Origin: a virus
Taxonomy: Duplodnaviria; Caudoviricetes
Direction: 5' to 3' (one strand)
IMG/VR virus record: IMGVR_UViG_3300023170_004399
Span: 160,001-224,000 of that record
DNA length: 64,000 bases
Shown here one piece after another: positions 1 through 8,539 of the stretch. The notes beneath the pieces were generated by a model. The model worked only from the letters and a program-made list of their open reading frames with translations. It was not told the origin of the DNA and ran no database searches. Both the position numbers and the translations under genes were made by a program. Within the stretch, counting starts at the first letter, position 1. Each line of letters begins with the position of its first letter.

Positions 1-14
1 AAAGGAGCACATTA

Positions 15-3005
15 ATGGCAGAAAGAGTATTAAAAAGCCCAGGTGTAACAACTAGGGAAATAGATTTATCGCAACCAACACTAACAGGACCTTCCGGGGT
101 ACCTGCTGCTATTGTTGGCACGGCGGATAAAGGACCTGCTTTTGTACCAATAACATTTGCATCTTATGCTGATTTTGCAGAAATATTTGGTGCTACTGAT
201 GGGGAAAAATTTGGACCATTAGCCGTGTCAGAATGGATGCGTAATGCTACAGCTGGTACATATGTTCGTGTTTTAGGTGCTGGTGATTGTAAAAAAAGAA
301 ATACATCAACAAACTCAGTTACTAACGCTGGTTTTGTAGTTGGTCAAAAGAATATACAGTCAAACGGTAACTATGGAAATAACACTTATGCTGGTGACAC
401 CACTTTAGGTCGTACATATTTCTTAGGTGCTTGGATGAGTGAATCAAATGGCTCATCTTATTTTACTGACGCTGGAATTACTAATGCAGCAACTGCTTCA
501 ATATTAAGAGCGGTTTTGATGGCTCCTCAAGGTATTATACCTGCACTTTCCGGATGGGATGGTGGTGAATTAGAAACTGTTCCAACTACCGCAGCTGGTG
601 TTTTTGGTGCTTCACAGGATGCTGGTTGGAATGTTGGTGCTATCAATATGAATTCTGATGGTGATCAAAACTTTGTACTATTTTTAAATGGTTTTGACAA
701 TAGAGATTTATATCCACATATTATCACAGCTTCAATGAACCCATTAAGTAAAAATTACTTTGCAAACGTTTTAAATACTGATCCACAAAAAATCGAAGAT
801 GCTGGACATTATTTGTATGCACATTATGATGTAGACCCTGCTTTAGCTACAATAAATCCTGGGTACCATTCATCAAATTACGAACATCGTTTGTTTATGG
901 TTACTGGTTCTGCTGGCAGAAATAGCAGAGGGTCAGGTTCAGATTATGAACCAAACTTTGAAGGATTTGAAGACAGATATTCAGCTGCTTTTTCACCATT
1001 TGTTATTTCACAAACGTTAGGTGATGGACCTAAAAATCTTTTTAAAATACATGCATTAGATGACGGTACAGCTGGTAATAGAAATTTCAAGATCTCTATT
1101 GCTAATATTGCTAACTCTCGTGAAGAAGCATACAAGTACGGTTCTTTTGATTTGTTAGTCAGAAGGTATGACGATGATGATGTAAACCCCATTGTTTTAG
1201 AAAAATATGTTGGATTATCACTTGATCCAAATTCAGATCGATACATAGCTAGAATTATTGGTGATCAACACTTGTATTTTGATTTTGATAAAAATGAAGG
1301 AAATCAAAAAATAGTACTTGATGGCTCATATCCAAATAGATCAAACTACATTAGAGTTGAAATGGCTACTGATGTTGCAGACGGAACAATAGCAGACACA
1401 GCATTGCCGATGGGTTATCGTGGTATACATCATTTAGTAACTTCAGGTTCTGCATTAATATCTGCTCCTTCTAGTAACTTGGGTGATTATGAAAGTTTAC
1501 AATCAGCAATGGTTCAACCACCAATTCCTTACAGACAATCAGTTGCTGTTGGTGTTGGTAATCAAAAAAGAGTTGATAATCGCTTGTATTGGGGTATGCA
1601 ACAAGAAAAAGTTACTCTTATAACAGATCCAAATAATCAAAAAGAAAAGTCAAAGTTGATTGATAATTTAACGTTGTACACACCTAGATATGAAGGCACA
1701 TATCCTGCTACAGTTGGTGCAAACGAAGGCGTAGCGAATGGTAATGCTGGTGAAGTATTAGATGCAGATTTGTTTAACAACAACATCTTTTCTTTAGAAA
1801 GAGTACAGATAAAAGTAAAAGGTACAGTTGATGGTAGTAACGATGTTGTAGATCCTAGTGAGTGGGCAAATGCAATATATAGACGACAAGGCACTGTAGC
1901 TAGTGGATATAGTTCTAGTGCATATAGATTGCTTGATGTCTCTAAAGATTTTGGGCAACAGGCTTCTAAAAGATATATGAAATTTACATTGCCAGTTGGT
2001 GGTGCTTTTGACGGATTGAATATATTTGATAAAGAAAAAACTAACATGTCTGATATTGCGGCTTCTCGTGAAGTTAACTTTGCGACAGATCAGGGTGGAA
2101 CAAATGGCCCTACAGTATCAGCTTACATAAAAGCTGTTGATATATTAGCAGAAAAGTCTGATGTTGATATCCAGTTGTTAGCTATCCCAGGTATGCGTGA
2201 GCAAGCTATTACAGATAACGCTATAACTCAAACAGAAGAAAGATTTGATGCGCTCTATATTATGGATATGGAAGTTTGTGATATGGTAGGTACTAGTTTT
2301 TCTAACTTGGTAACGGGTTCTTTGCAAGAAGTATCAGTAACTAATACAATTAGTCGTTTCCAAAACAGAAATCTAGATACTAGTTTTGCAGCAACTTACT
2401 TCCCAGACATTTTTGTTAATGATCCAACAACTAATACTTTGGTACAAGCTCCACCTTCTGTTGGTGTATTAGGTGCGCTTTCTTTTAATGATGCTGTTGC
2501 TCATCCTTGGTTTGCTCCAGCTGGTTTTTCACGTGGTGCATTGCCAACTACAGCAGAAGCACAAGTAAAGTTAAACAGAGACAATATGGACGCTCTTTAT
2601 GATGCTGACATTAATCCTTTAACAAGCTTTGCAGGAAATAGTGGCGTTGTTGTCTTTGGCCAGAAAACATTGCTTCAAGCGCAGAGTGCATTAGACAGAG
2701 TTAACGTAAGAAGATTGTTGATTGATATAAGAAGAAAAGTTAGAAATGTTGCTAACACTATTCTTTTCGAACCAAATAGAGAAACAACATTGCAAAGATT
2801 TAGTACAGCTGTTGAACCTATATTGGCACGTGTTAAACAACAACAAGGTGTAACAAGATATAAAGTTGTAATTGATACAACAACGACTACTCAACAAGAT
2901 GTGGAAAATAACACTATTCGTGGAAAAATCTTTTTGCAACCAACTAAATCTATCGAATTTATATCATTAGACTTTGTTGTTACAAATAGTGGCGCAGAAA
3001 TTTAA
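15..3005 (+). CDS. Contractile tail sheath protein (996 aa)
   Basis: N-terminal SPGVTTREID motif; C-terminal sheath domain (PWFAPAGFSRG, INPL, GQKTL, LDRVNVRRL, FEPN, KSIEFISLDF); SD AAGGAG at 2-7. Confidence 0.95.
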   Translation: MAERVLKSPGVTTREIDLSQPTLTGPSGVPAAIVGTADKGPAFVPITFASYADFAEIFGATDGEKFGPLAVSEWMRNATAGTYVRVLGAGDCKKRNTSTNSVTNAGFVVGQKNIQSNGNYGNNTYAGDTTLGRTYFLGAWMSESNGSSYFTDAGITNAATASILRAVLMAPQGIIPALSGWDGGELETVPTTAAGVFGASQDAGWNVGAINMNSDGDQNFVLFLNGFDNRDLYPHIITASMNPLSKNYFANVLNTDPQKIEDAGHYLYAHYDVDPALATINPGYHSSNYEHRLFMVTGSAGRNSRGSGSDYEPNFEGFEDRYSAAFSPFVISQTLGDGPKNLFKIHALDDGTAGNRNFKISIANIANSREEAYKYGSFDLLVRRYDDDDVNPIVLEKYVGLSLDPNSDRYIARIIGDQHLYFDFDKNEGNQKIVLDGSYPNRSNYIRVEMATDVADGTIADTALPMGYRGIHHLVTSGSALISAPSSNLGDYESLQSAMVQPPIPYRQSVAVGVGNQKRVDNRLYWGMQQEKVTLITDPNNQKEKSKLIDNLTLYTPRYEGTYPATVGANEGVANGNAGEVLDADLFNNNIFSLERVQIKVKGTVDGSNDVVDPSEWANAIYRRQGTVASGYSSSAYRLLDVSKDFGQQASKRYMKFTLPVGGAFDGLNIFDKEKTNMSDIAASREVNFATDQGGTNGPTVSAYIKAVDILAEKSDVDIQLLAIPGMREQAITDNAITQTEERFDALYIMDMEVCDMVGTSFSNLVTGSLQEVSVTNTISRFQNRNLDTSFAATYFPDIFVNDPTTNTLVQAPPSVGVLGALSFNDAVAHPWFAPAGFSRGALPTTAEAQVKLNRDNMDALYDADINPLTSFAGNSGVVVFGQKTLLQAQSALDRVNVRRLLIDIRRKVRNVANTILFEPNRETTLQRFSTAVEPILARVKQQQGVTRYKVVIDTTTTTQQDVENNTIRGKIFLQPTKSIEFISLDFVVTNSGAEI

Positions 3006-3013
3006 AATACATA

Positions 3014-3021
3014 ATATTTAT
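3014..3021 (+). promoter_or_regulatory. ATATTTAT motif, putative phage late-promoter element upstream of the tail tube gene
   Basis: Same 8-mer lies in the intergenic gaps at 33672, 48380 and 59732; AT-rich background also produces copies inside genes. Confidence 0.35.
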
Positions 3022-3051
3022 TAATATACAAAAATTATTGGAGAAAAATAA

Positions 3052-3543
3052 ATGGCTACAGATACATTATCCGTTACAGATATGCTACCGAACAAGTTTG
3101 AAGTAAAACTAAAAAACCGGTGGATATTTTCGCTAGAAGGAATTGACTCATTTTTGATTAAAACAGTCAATAGACCTACTATTTCTATTGAAGAACAGAC
3201 TATATCTTTTATGAACAGCAAAAGATATGTTGCTGGACTTGCTACATTCGACGCCTTAAATCTTACATTGCATGATCCTATTTCGCCATCAGGTGCTCAG
3301 CAAGTAATGGAATGGGTACGTACACACTTTGAATCAGTGTCTGGTCGTGCAGGTTATGCAGACTTTTATAAGCGTGATGCGCAACTTAAATTAGTTGATC
3401 CTGTTGGGACAGTTATAGAATTATGGGACATTAAAGGGATATTTATTACAAGTGCTGGATTTGGTGATCTTAGTTATGAAGATGGAACTCCTTCAGAAAT
3501 TAGTTTAACATGTAGATATGATAATTGTGTATTACAATTCTAG
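3052..3543 (+). CDS. Tail tube protein (T4 gp19-like)
   Basis: Follows the sheath; 163 aa with NRW, DPISPSGAQQVMEW, LKLVDPVG and W-x-I-x-G-x-F patterns typical of the tube fold. Confidence 0.9.
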   Translation: MATDTLSVTDMLPNKFEVKLKNRWIFSLEGIDSFLIKTVNRPTISIEEQTISFMNSKRYVAGLATFDALNLTLHDPISPSGAQQVMEWVRTHFESVSGRAGYADFYKRDAQLKLVDPVGTVIELWDIKGIFITSAGFGDLSYEDGTPSEISLTCRYDNCVLQF

Positions 3544-3598
3544 TAATTAATTTATATAATAGAATAATTTTTGTATAAATAATTCTTAAAATAAAATT

Positions 3599-3621
3599 GG
3601 CGCATTTATGCGCCTTTTTTT
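3599..3621 (+). terminator. Rho-independent terminator after the tail tube gene
   Basis: GGCGCA-TTTA-TGCGCC hairpin followed by T7. Confidence 0.85.
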
Positions 3622-3686
3622 ATATACAAATTATATTGTATTGATATTATAAGATATGCAAATATATTTTATTCGGAGATACATGT

Positions 3687-4559
3687 ATGAGTAAGAGAAA
3701 AAATAATAAGGTTTTTGCTGGTGATGGACAAGGTTCACCAACAGAACAATGGCAAGGACAAAGATCTGATATTATGGCAGAATTTGGCTTAGATATTGCA
3801 CATGAATTAGTGCCTTTGCCATCACAGGGTCGGCCATATCCAAGTGATCACCCATTACATATGAAAGAAGTAGTAGAAATTAGACCAATGACTGCACGTG
3901 AAGAAGATATCTTGACTAGTAGAGCATTAATTAAAAAAGGTGTTGTATTAACTGAGTTATTAAAAAGTTGTTTGGTTGATAAAAGAATTAATCCTGACAG
4001 TCTTTTAATTGGTGATAGAAATGCTATTATGACTAGTTTAAGAATTACAGGATATGGAAGTGATTACAAAGTAGAAGTAACATGTCCAAGTTGTAGTGCT
4101 AAATCAAAACAAACCTTTGATTTAACTCAGCTGCCTTTGAAAAGATTGGAAAATGATCCAGTTGCTGAAGGTGCTAATGTGTTTGAAACTACTTTGCCAA
4201 AAAGAAAAGAAACTGATCCTGAATTAGTTGTAAGATATAAGTATCTGACTGGGAAAGATGAAACTGACATTAATATATTGCAAGAGAGAAAGAAAAAACA
4301 AGGTTTCTCTGCAGATAATTTAATTACAACTAGATACAAATATCAGGTTGTTAGCATTAATGGCGTGTCAGATAGGTCAAAGTTAAGTATGTTTATTGAT
4401 AGAATGCCGGCTTTTCAGTCTAGACATTTGAGAAAGGCTATTGATGCTAATGAACCAGGTGTTGAAATGAAAAGTCATATGAATTGCCCAAGTTGTTTTG
4501 AAGAGTCGGAGGTTAGCTTGCCCTTAGGGGCATCGTTTTTTTGGCCTGACGCCGAATGA
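3687..4559 (+). CDS. Baseplate hub / tail assembly chaperone (T4 gp26-like), short form
   Basis: LPSQG, IRPMTAREEDIL, LLIGDRNAIM, RITGYG, two CPxC motifs, ends FFWPDAE; position after the tube gene. Confidence 0.75.
   Translation: MSKRKNNKVFAGDGQGSPTEQWQGQRSDIMAEFGLDIAHELVPLPSQGRPYPSDHPLHMKEVVEIRPMTAREEDILTSRALIKKGVVLTELLKSCLVDKRINPDSLLIGDRNAIMTSLRITGYGSDYKVEVTCPSCSAKSKQTFDLTQLPLKRLENDPVAEGANVFETTLPKRKETDPELVVRYKYLTGKDETDINILQERKKKQGFSADNLITTRYKYQVVSINGVSDRSKLSMFIDRMPAFQSRHLRKAIDANEPGVEMKSHMNCPSCFEESEVSLPLGASFFWPDAE
4526..4545 (+). other. Putative programmed +1 ribosomal frameshift site (AGGGG-CATCG-TTT-TTT-TGG)
   Basis: T7 run at 4536-4542; the +1 frame is open from 4528 to 4806; no SD before ATG 4594. 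Confidence 0.6.
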
Positions 4560-4806
4560 TAAGCAAATATATCTAGAGTATATTTTTAATTTAATGTACT
4601 ATATGGGATTTACTTATAAAGAAGCGTATAACATACCATTGTGGCAAAGACAGTGGTTTATGAATAGACTAAATGAAGAGATAAAAAAATCTAATGAACA
4701 ACAAAGTTCCGCAAGTAGAGCAGCGCATGCAAACTCACCTGAAATGAGACAAATGCAAGGTAATCATAGATCTATGGTTCCAGCAAAACTTCGAAGATTT
4801 ACATAA
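4543..4806 (+). CDS. gp51-like assembly-chaperone extension (probable frameshift product; ORF track starts it at 4594)
   Basis: Frame reads GLTPNDKQIYLEYIFNLMYYMGFTYKEAYNIPLWQRQWF, resembling gp51-type small chaperones. Confidence 0.65.
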   Translation, partial: GLTPNDKQIYLEYIFNLMYYMGFTYKEAYNIPLWQRQWFMNRLNEEIKKSNEQQSSASRAAHANSPEMRQMQGNHRSMVPAKLRRFT

Positions 4807-4820
4807 TCTGTTATACAAAA

Positions 4821-4888
4821 TAAAATGCCCTCTATAATTAAGTAGAGGGTTTTTTAAAATGCCCTCTATAATTAAGTAGAGGGTTTTT
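4821..4888 (+). repeat. Exact 34-bp tandem duplication of a terminator-like hairpin
   Basis: TAAAATGCCCTCTATAATTAAGTAGAGGGTTTTT x2; each copy has a CCCTCTA/TAGAGGG stem, a T run and an embedded TATAAT. Confidence 0.9.
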
Positions 4889-4889
4889 T

Positions 4890-6092
4890 ATGAGAGATAT
4901 AGCAAAAGCAGATATAGTATATGAAGAATTGAATAGAGTTGAAGAGTTTATTGAATCTTTAACAGAGAACAAGTATTATGAGAAAACATATAAAAGAGAA
5001 ATAAGTTTTTTACACAATTATAGATTTGCTCTAACACAAGGACAAGATTATTATGATGAGCTAAATTTTAAACTTGATATGTTAGCTATTAACGCAGAAG
5101 AAATGGAAAATATTAGACAAACAGTTAATCAGAAAAAACCTGTACCCAAAAATAGTATTGCTGATGAAATTGAAGACTATGCTTCTATAGCTGCTTTTTT
5201 AGGCCATACTAAATTAACTCATTTTTTAGAAGAATCAGCTTATCACACCAGGTCAGGAAAATGGAAAACACTTTTACGTGAAGAACAAGAAGTGTTAGAT
5301 GACTTTAAAACGTTTTTATCAAATTGCAAACAATACAATCAGATTGAATTTACAAAAGAAATTATAGAAGAAATAAAGTATTTATGCGCAGCTCATTACT
5401 TAAAATCTAAAATTAATAAGTCTTACCTAGGAAATGACATACGGCAAAAATACGAATCACTTTATACTTTTATTGATGGTTTAGAAAAACATTTAGATTG
5501 CAAACGTGAAAAATGTTATTTAGGAAAAAAGTGTAATCTATTGAATAGCTATGATGATATAGTAAATTATTTAAATAAAGATTTTAACATATGTAAAGTA
5601 GAACAAAATATCGTCAGAGTTTTAGATTTATTAGATGATTTTGATATTTCACCACCAAAAAATACCGACCGTAATTTAGCTAAATTAATTAAAGGGATTA
5701 AAGGTGCAAACAACAAATTAAATAAATCTGAAGACATGTATTACGTTGCGGAAATAAATTATTTAAAAAATGAGGTTAAGGAAATAACCAGCATTGTCGA
5801 CAAATATAAAAAAATGGATTATTTGCAAATTGGTGAAATAGTAGTCATGACTAAAGACTTTGAAATGAGTAATGGAGTTTTAGAAAATCTAGGTATGAAA
5901 GACAAAACTGTAACTGGTATCATAACTGGTGAAGTGACTATAAATTTTGGTTGCAACAATTATATTAGATTAATGAATAGAACAAAAAATGTCATGGATT
6001 ACTCGAGTAGATTTATTGGAGTTAGTGTTTTAATAAATGATGATGAATATTTTATGCCTGTTAAATATATTTCAGGAGGTATTGATGACTAG
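4890..6092 (+). CDS. Hypothetical protein (400 aa; helical N-part, possible SH3-like beta C-terminus)
   Basis: Long ORF with phage-like codon usage; no recognisable motif; no SD. Confidence 0.75.
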   Translation: MRDIAKADIVYEELNRVEEFIESLTENKYYEKTYKREISFLHNYRFALTQGQDYYDELNFKLDMLAINAEEMENIRQTVNQKKPVPKNSIADEIEDYASIAAFLGHTKLTHFLEESAYHTRSGKWKTLLREEQEVLDDFKTFLSNCKQYNQIEFTKEIIEEIKYLCAAHYLKSKINKSYLGNDIRQKYESLYTFIDGLEKHLDCKREKCYLGKKCNLLNSYDDIVNYLNKDFNICKVEQNIVRVLDLLDDFDISPPKNTDRNLAKLIKGIKGANNKLNKSEDMYYVAEINYLKNEVKEITSIVDKYKKMDYLQIGEIVVMTKDFEMSNGVLENLGMKDKTVTGIITGEVTINFGCNNYIRLMNRTKNVMDYSSRFIGVSVLINDDEYFMPVKYISGGIDD

Positions 6093-6396
6093 AAAAAAGT
6101 ACGTTAGTGAAGGTACAAAGAAAAAAGAAGAATTAAGAAAGATTATTGATGAAATTAAGTTTGAAGCTGATTTAGCAAGTATGAAAAATAGTTTTTTGCA
6201 AAAAAATGGCAAAACAAATGATAAGCAATACTTGTTAAACTGCATTCTTATGCGCAAAAACATATATGATTTACTAGAAAGATTAAATGGCGTAATAGGT
6301 ATGGGCGGATTAAAAGTAACTGTTACAGAGATAACACAGGAGCTTACGCCTGAAGAGCAACGATATTATTTAGAAGAAGATAAAAAAAATAATTAA
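6085..6396 (+). CDS. Hypothetical protein
   Basis: Start reassigned to ATG 6085 behind GGAGG (6075-6079). Confidence 0.7.
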   Translation: MTRKKYVSEGTKKKEELRKIIDEIKFEADLASMKNSFLQKNGKTNDKQYLLNCILMRKNIYDLLERLNGVIGMGGLKVTVTEITQELTPEEQRYYLEEDKKNN

Positions 6397-6413
6397 ATTA
6401 TTTTCTGTGTTTT

Positions 6414-6442
6414 TTGCAAATATTCTTTAAGCTTGTTATATT
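6414..6442 (+). promoter_or_regulatory. Sigma70-type promoter
   Basis: TTGCAA-17 nt-TATATT. Confidence 0.65.
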
Positions 6443-6469
6443 ATATATGTAACTAACAAAGGAGCTTAC

Positions 6470-6634
6470 ATGTATTATCAAGTATATAATATTCACACTG
6501 GTCATGTTTTAATTACTTGTCCTGATATCGACTCTGCTTTTGCTTTTTTAGAAGAAATGCAAGATAACAATTTGGATATTAAACCTATAGAAAAGAAAGA
6601 CCACCCTCTTGCTTCACACCATTCATTTAGATAG
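6470..6634 (+). CDS. Small hypothetical protein (54 aa, absent from the ORF track)
   Basis: AAAGGAG SD, ATG 6470, MYYQVYNIHTGHVLITC...HHSFR, TAG 6632-6634; fills the gap between a promoter and the next gene. Confidence 0.7.
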   Translation: MYYQVYNIHTGHVLITCPDIDSAFAFLEEMQDNNLDIKPIEKKDHPLASHHSFR

Positions 6635-6642
6635 GAGAAATT

Positions 6643-6864
6643 ATGCGTAACACTAAAATAAACCAACTAATCGGCTATTTTTGGACCGACTGTTATTTTA
6701 AAATTTCAGATTTAAAAAATCCAACAAAACAAGAAATAAATAAAATGTTTTGGTGTGTAACTGCAATATTAGGCCTAAGTAAAAATATAGATAATGATGC
6801 AGACACAATCCATAATGTATTAAAAGTTTCACGTGCATGGTCAGATATATGTGAAAAAATTTAG
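6643..6864 (+). CDS. Hypothetical protein (73 aa)
   Basis: AGGAG SD, clean ORF. Confidence 0.7.
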   Translation: MRNTKINQLIGYFWTDCYFKISDLKNPTKQEINKMFWCVTAILGLSKNIDNDADTIHNVLKVSRAWSDICEKI

Positions 6865-6890
6865 ATAAATAATATTTTTTTTAGCAAATA

Positions 6891-6931
6891 TTGTAAATAA
6901 CTCAACAATCAATTATATTACTATTACTAAC
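6891..6931 (+). promoter_or_regulatory. Sigma70-type promoter with conserved downstream element
   Basis: TTGTAA-17 nt-TATATT; the 19-mer TTATATTACTATTACTAAC (6913-6931) is identical at 35952-35970. Confidence 0.7.
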
Positions 6932-6954
6932 TTACTAAACAACTCGAGGTGCTT

Positions 6955-7998
6955 ATGACTATAAGAATGACAAATCAAGAACGTATTAATCACGCTGAAG
7001 AGCTTTTGGCTTATTACACTGCTGATAAATACATGGAACGCAAACATTGGAAAGTTATTAACTTTTTAAGAACAATCAAAAATTTGGCTCGAAAAAAACG
7101 TACGCCTACTCCAGGTCAACGTAAGTTTCTTGAGGATTTAATTGCACGTGGTACACCAGAAGTGGCTACTAATCCTGAGGCTGAAAAATACGAAGCATTT
7201 TTGCCATATATCAACAACGCTTTTCAGTTGAATGCTGCTAAGGATTTAATTTCTGCTGTGAAAAACAATGTCAACTTAAGTGAAAAACAGCGTGCATTCT
7301 TAGATAAAATTATTGGTAATGCAAAAGCTAATATGGAAAGCAAGCCATTAGTTTTAACTATAGAAAAACTTCCACAATTAGAATTGCTTAGCGAAGCCAT
7401 GGCATATGATGGAAACACTAATAATCATAGAAAAGCATTTTTGAAAAGAGAGCTTTCTATACGAGCATTAATGTGTAAATCATTAAAGCAATACTGTAAC
7501 TATACTGACGAACAAATAGTAGATGCTGTAAATATAGTTGTTAACAATTCAGTTAGTGTCAGTGATATTGTTCCGGAAGCTGAAGAGAATACAGACCTTT
7601 CTTTTATTGTTAATCATGTAGATGATTATCGCAGTAAAGGAAATATTGTACAGTTGTATGATAGAGATTGGGACGATGCATTTGAATTGTATAGCAAAAC
7701 AATAGCAGACATCAAAAAAGTAAAGGAAAACACGAGATTTGCTGTCGGGAACATGATACAATTTAAATCAAAGCACCTTGAAGGAAGACGTTCTTTTGTT
7801 AAAGGTTTATTAAGCAATTCAGATATTGAAATACAAGAAGGTGAAAACCCTATGTGTTTAATTGTAAATAGTCCTTATATCAAGTATGGTAATATACACT
7901 ATTACCAAAATGGTTTAGTTATTGATGTAATGATTGGCACAAAAGTTTACACATGTGGTTATCAGTATTTCAGTAGAGCAAAAATAAAGGGGTTTTAA
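6955..7998 (+). CDS. Hypothetical protein with two (T/S)-x-x-Q-R-x-F-L helical repeats
   Basis: GAGG SD then ATG 6955; TPGQRKFLEDLI and SEKQRAFLDKII. Confidence 0.75.
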   Translation: MTIRMTNQERINHAEELLAYYTADKYMERKHWKVINFLRTIKNLARKKRTPTPGQRKFLEDLIARGTPEVATNPEAEKYEAFLPYINNAFQLNAAKDLISAVKNNVNLSEKQRAFLDKIIGNAKANMESKPLVLTIEKLPQLELLSEAMAYDGNTNNHRKAFLKRELSIRALMCKSLKQYCNYTDEQIVDAVNIVVNNSVSVSDIVPEAEENTDLSFIVNHVDDYRSKGNIVQLYDRDWDDAFELYSKTIADIKKVKENTRFAVGNMIQFKSKHLEGRRSFVKGLLSNSDIEIQEGENPMCLIVNSPYIKYGNIHYYQNGLVIDVMIGTKVYTCGYQYFSRAKIKGF

Positions 7999-8471
7999 TG
8001 ATAGATGCTAGTGAAGCAAATAAGGGCGACTTTTGTTGGTTTATAGAAAAAACAGGGAAAAAAAGTTGTGGCGAGATAATTAAGGTATATGAAATTGAGT
8101 ATGCCGTGCAAGTACTAACCTCTGAAGGCAAGCATCGTGTCATTTCAGAGGTTAATGCTTTTTGGGGCGAAAAAATTCCTAAGAAAAGTAAATTTCAAGA
8201 TCCATTACAATATATTTATAATAAGAGACTAGAGGAGGGAATTGATGAAGCCGAACTTAATAAAAGAATCAGTGAAATTCATAGCCGGAAAGAAGAACAA
8301 TCTAAAAATAACAGGAAAAAAAGAACTCGTAGAAGTAACAACAAAGTGTCTACTAGCGAGCAGAAGACTGTACGAAGCACTACATCAAGAAAACGTAACA
8401 CTAGCACAAGTAGAAAAACTAGTACAAGAAAAAAGAAAGGTGGCAGAAGAGTATCGAAAGATAACAAATAA
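7998..8471 (+). CDS. Hypothetical protein with a basic K/R/S/T-rich tail
   Basis: Translationally coupled (TAATG); globular N-part; the C-terminal tail overlaps the next ORF. Confidence 0.65.
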   Translation: MIDASEANKGDFCWFIEKTGKKSCGEIIKVYEIEYAVQVLTSEGKHRVISEVNAFWGEKIPKKSKFQDPLQYIYNKRLEEGIDEAELNKRISEIHSRKEEQSKNNRKKRTRRSNNKVSTSEQKTVRSTTSRKRNTSTSRKTSTRKKKGGRRVSKDNK

Positions 8472-8487
8472 ATCTTGGCCTTTTTAA
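8245..8487 (+). CDS. Overlapping hypothetical protein (80 aa, +1 frame)
   Basis: GAGGAGG SD at 8232-8238, 6 nt before ATG; helical, protein-like sequence. Confidence 0.55.
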   Translation: MKPNLIKESVKFIAGKKNNLKITGKKELVEVTTKCLLASRRLYEALHQENVTLAQVEKLVQEKRKVAEEYRKITNKSWPF

Positions 8488-8501
8488 CTAATTTTTTAAT
8501 T

Positions 8502-8510
8502 TGGTATAAT
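8502..8510 (+). promoter_or_regulatory. Extended -10 promoter upstream of the tape measure gene
   Basis: TGG-TATAAT. Confidence 0.45.
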
Positions 8511-8539
8511 TATAGGTAATATTAATCGGAGACCTATAT

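Noticed and set aside
3574-3581. T4 late promoter consensus TATAAATA
   Set aside because: It sits just upstream of a terminator rather than a gene start, and such a match is expected by chance in AT-rich DNA.
4821-4888. CRISPR-like repeat
   Set aside because: Two directly adjacent copies with no spacer and no cas genes; it has terminator structure.
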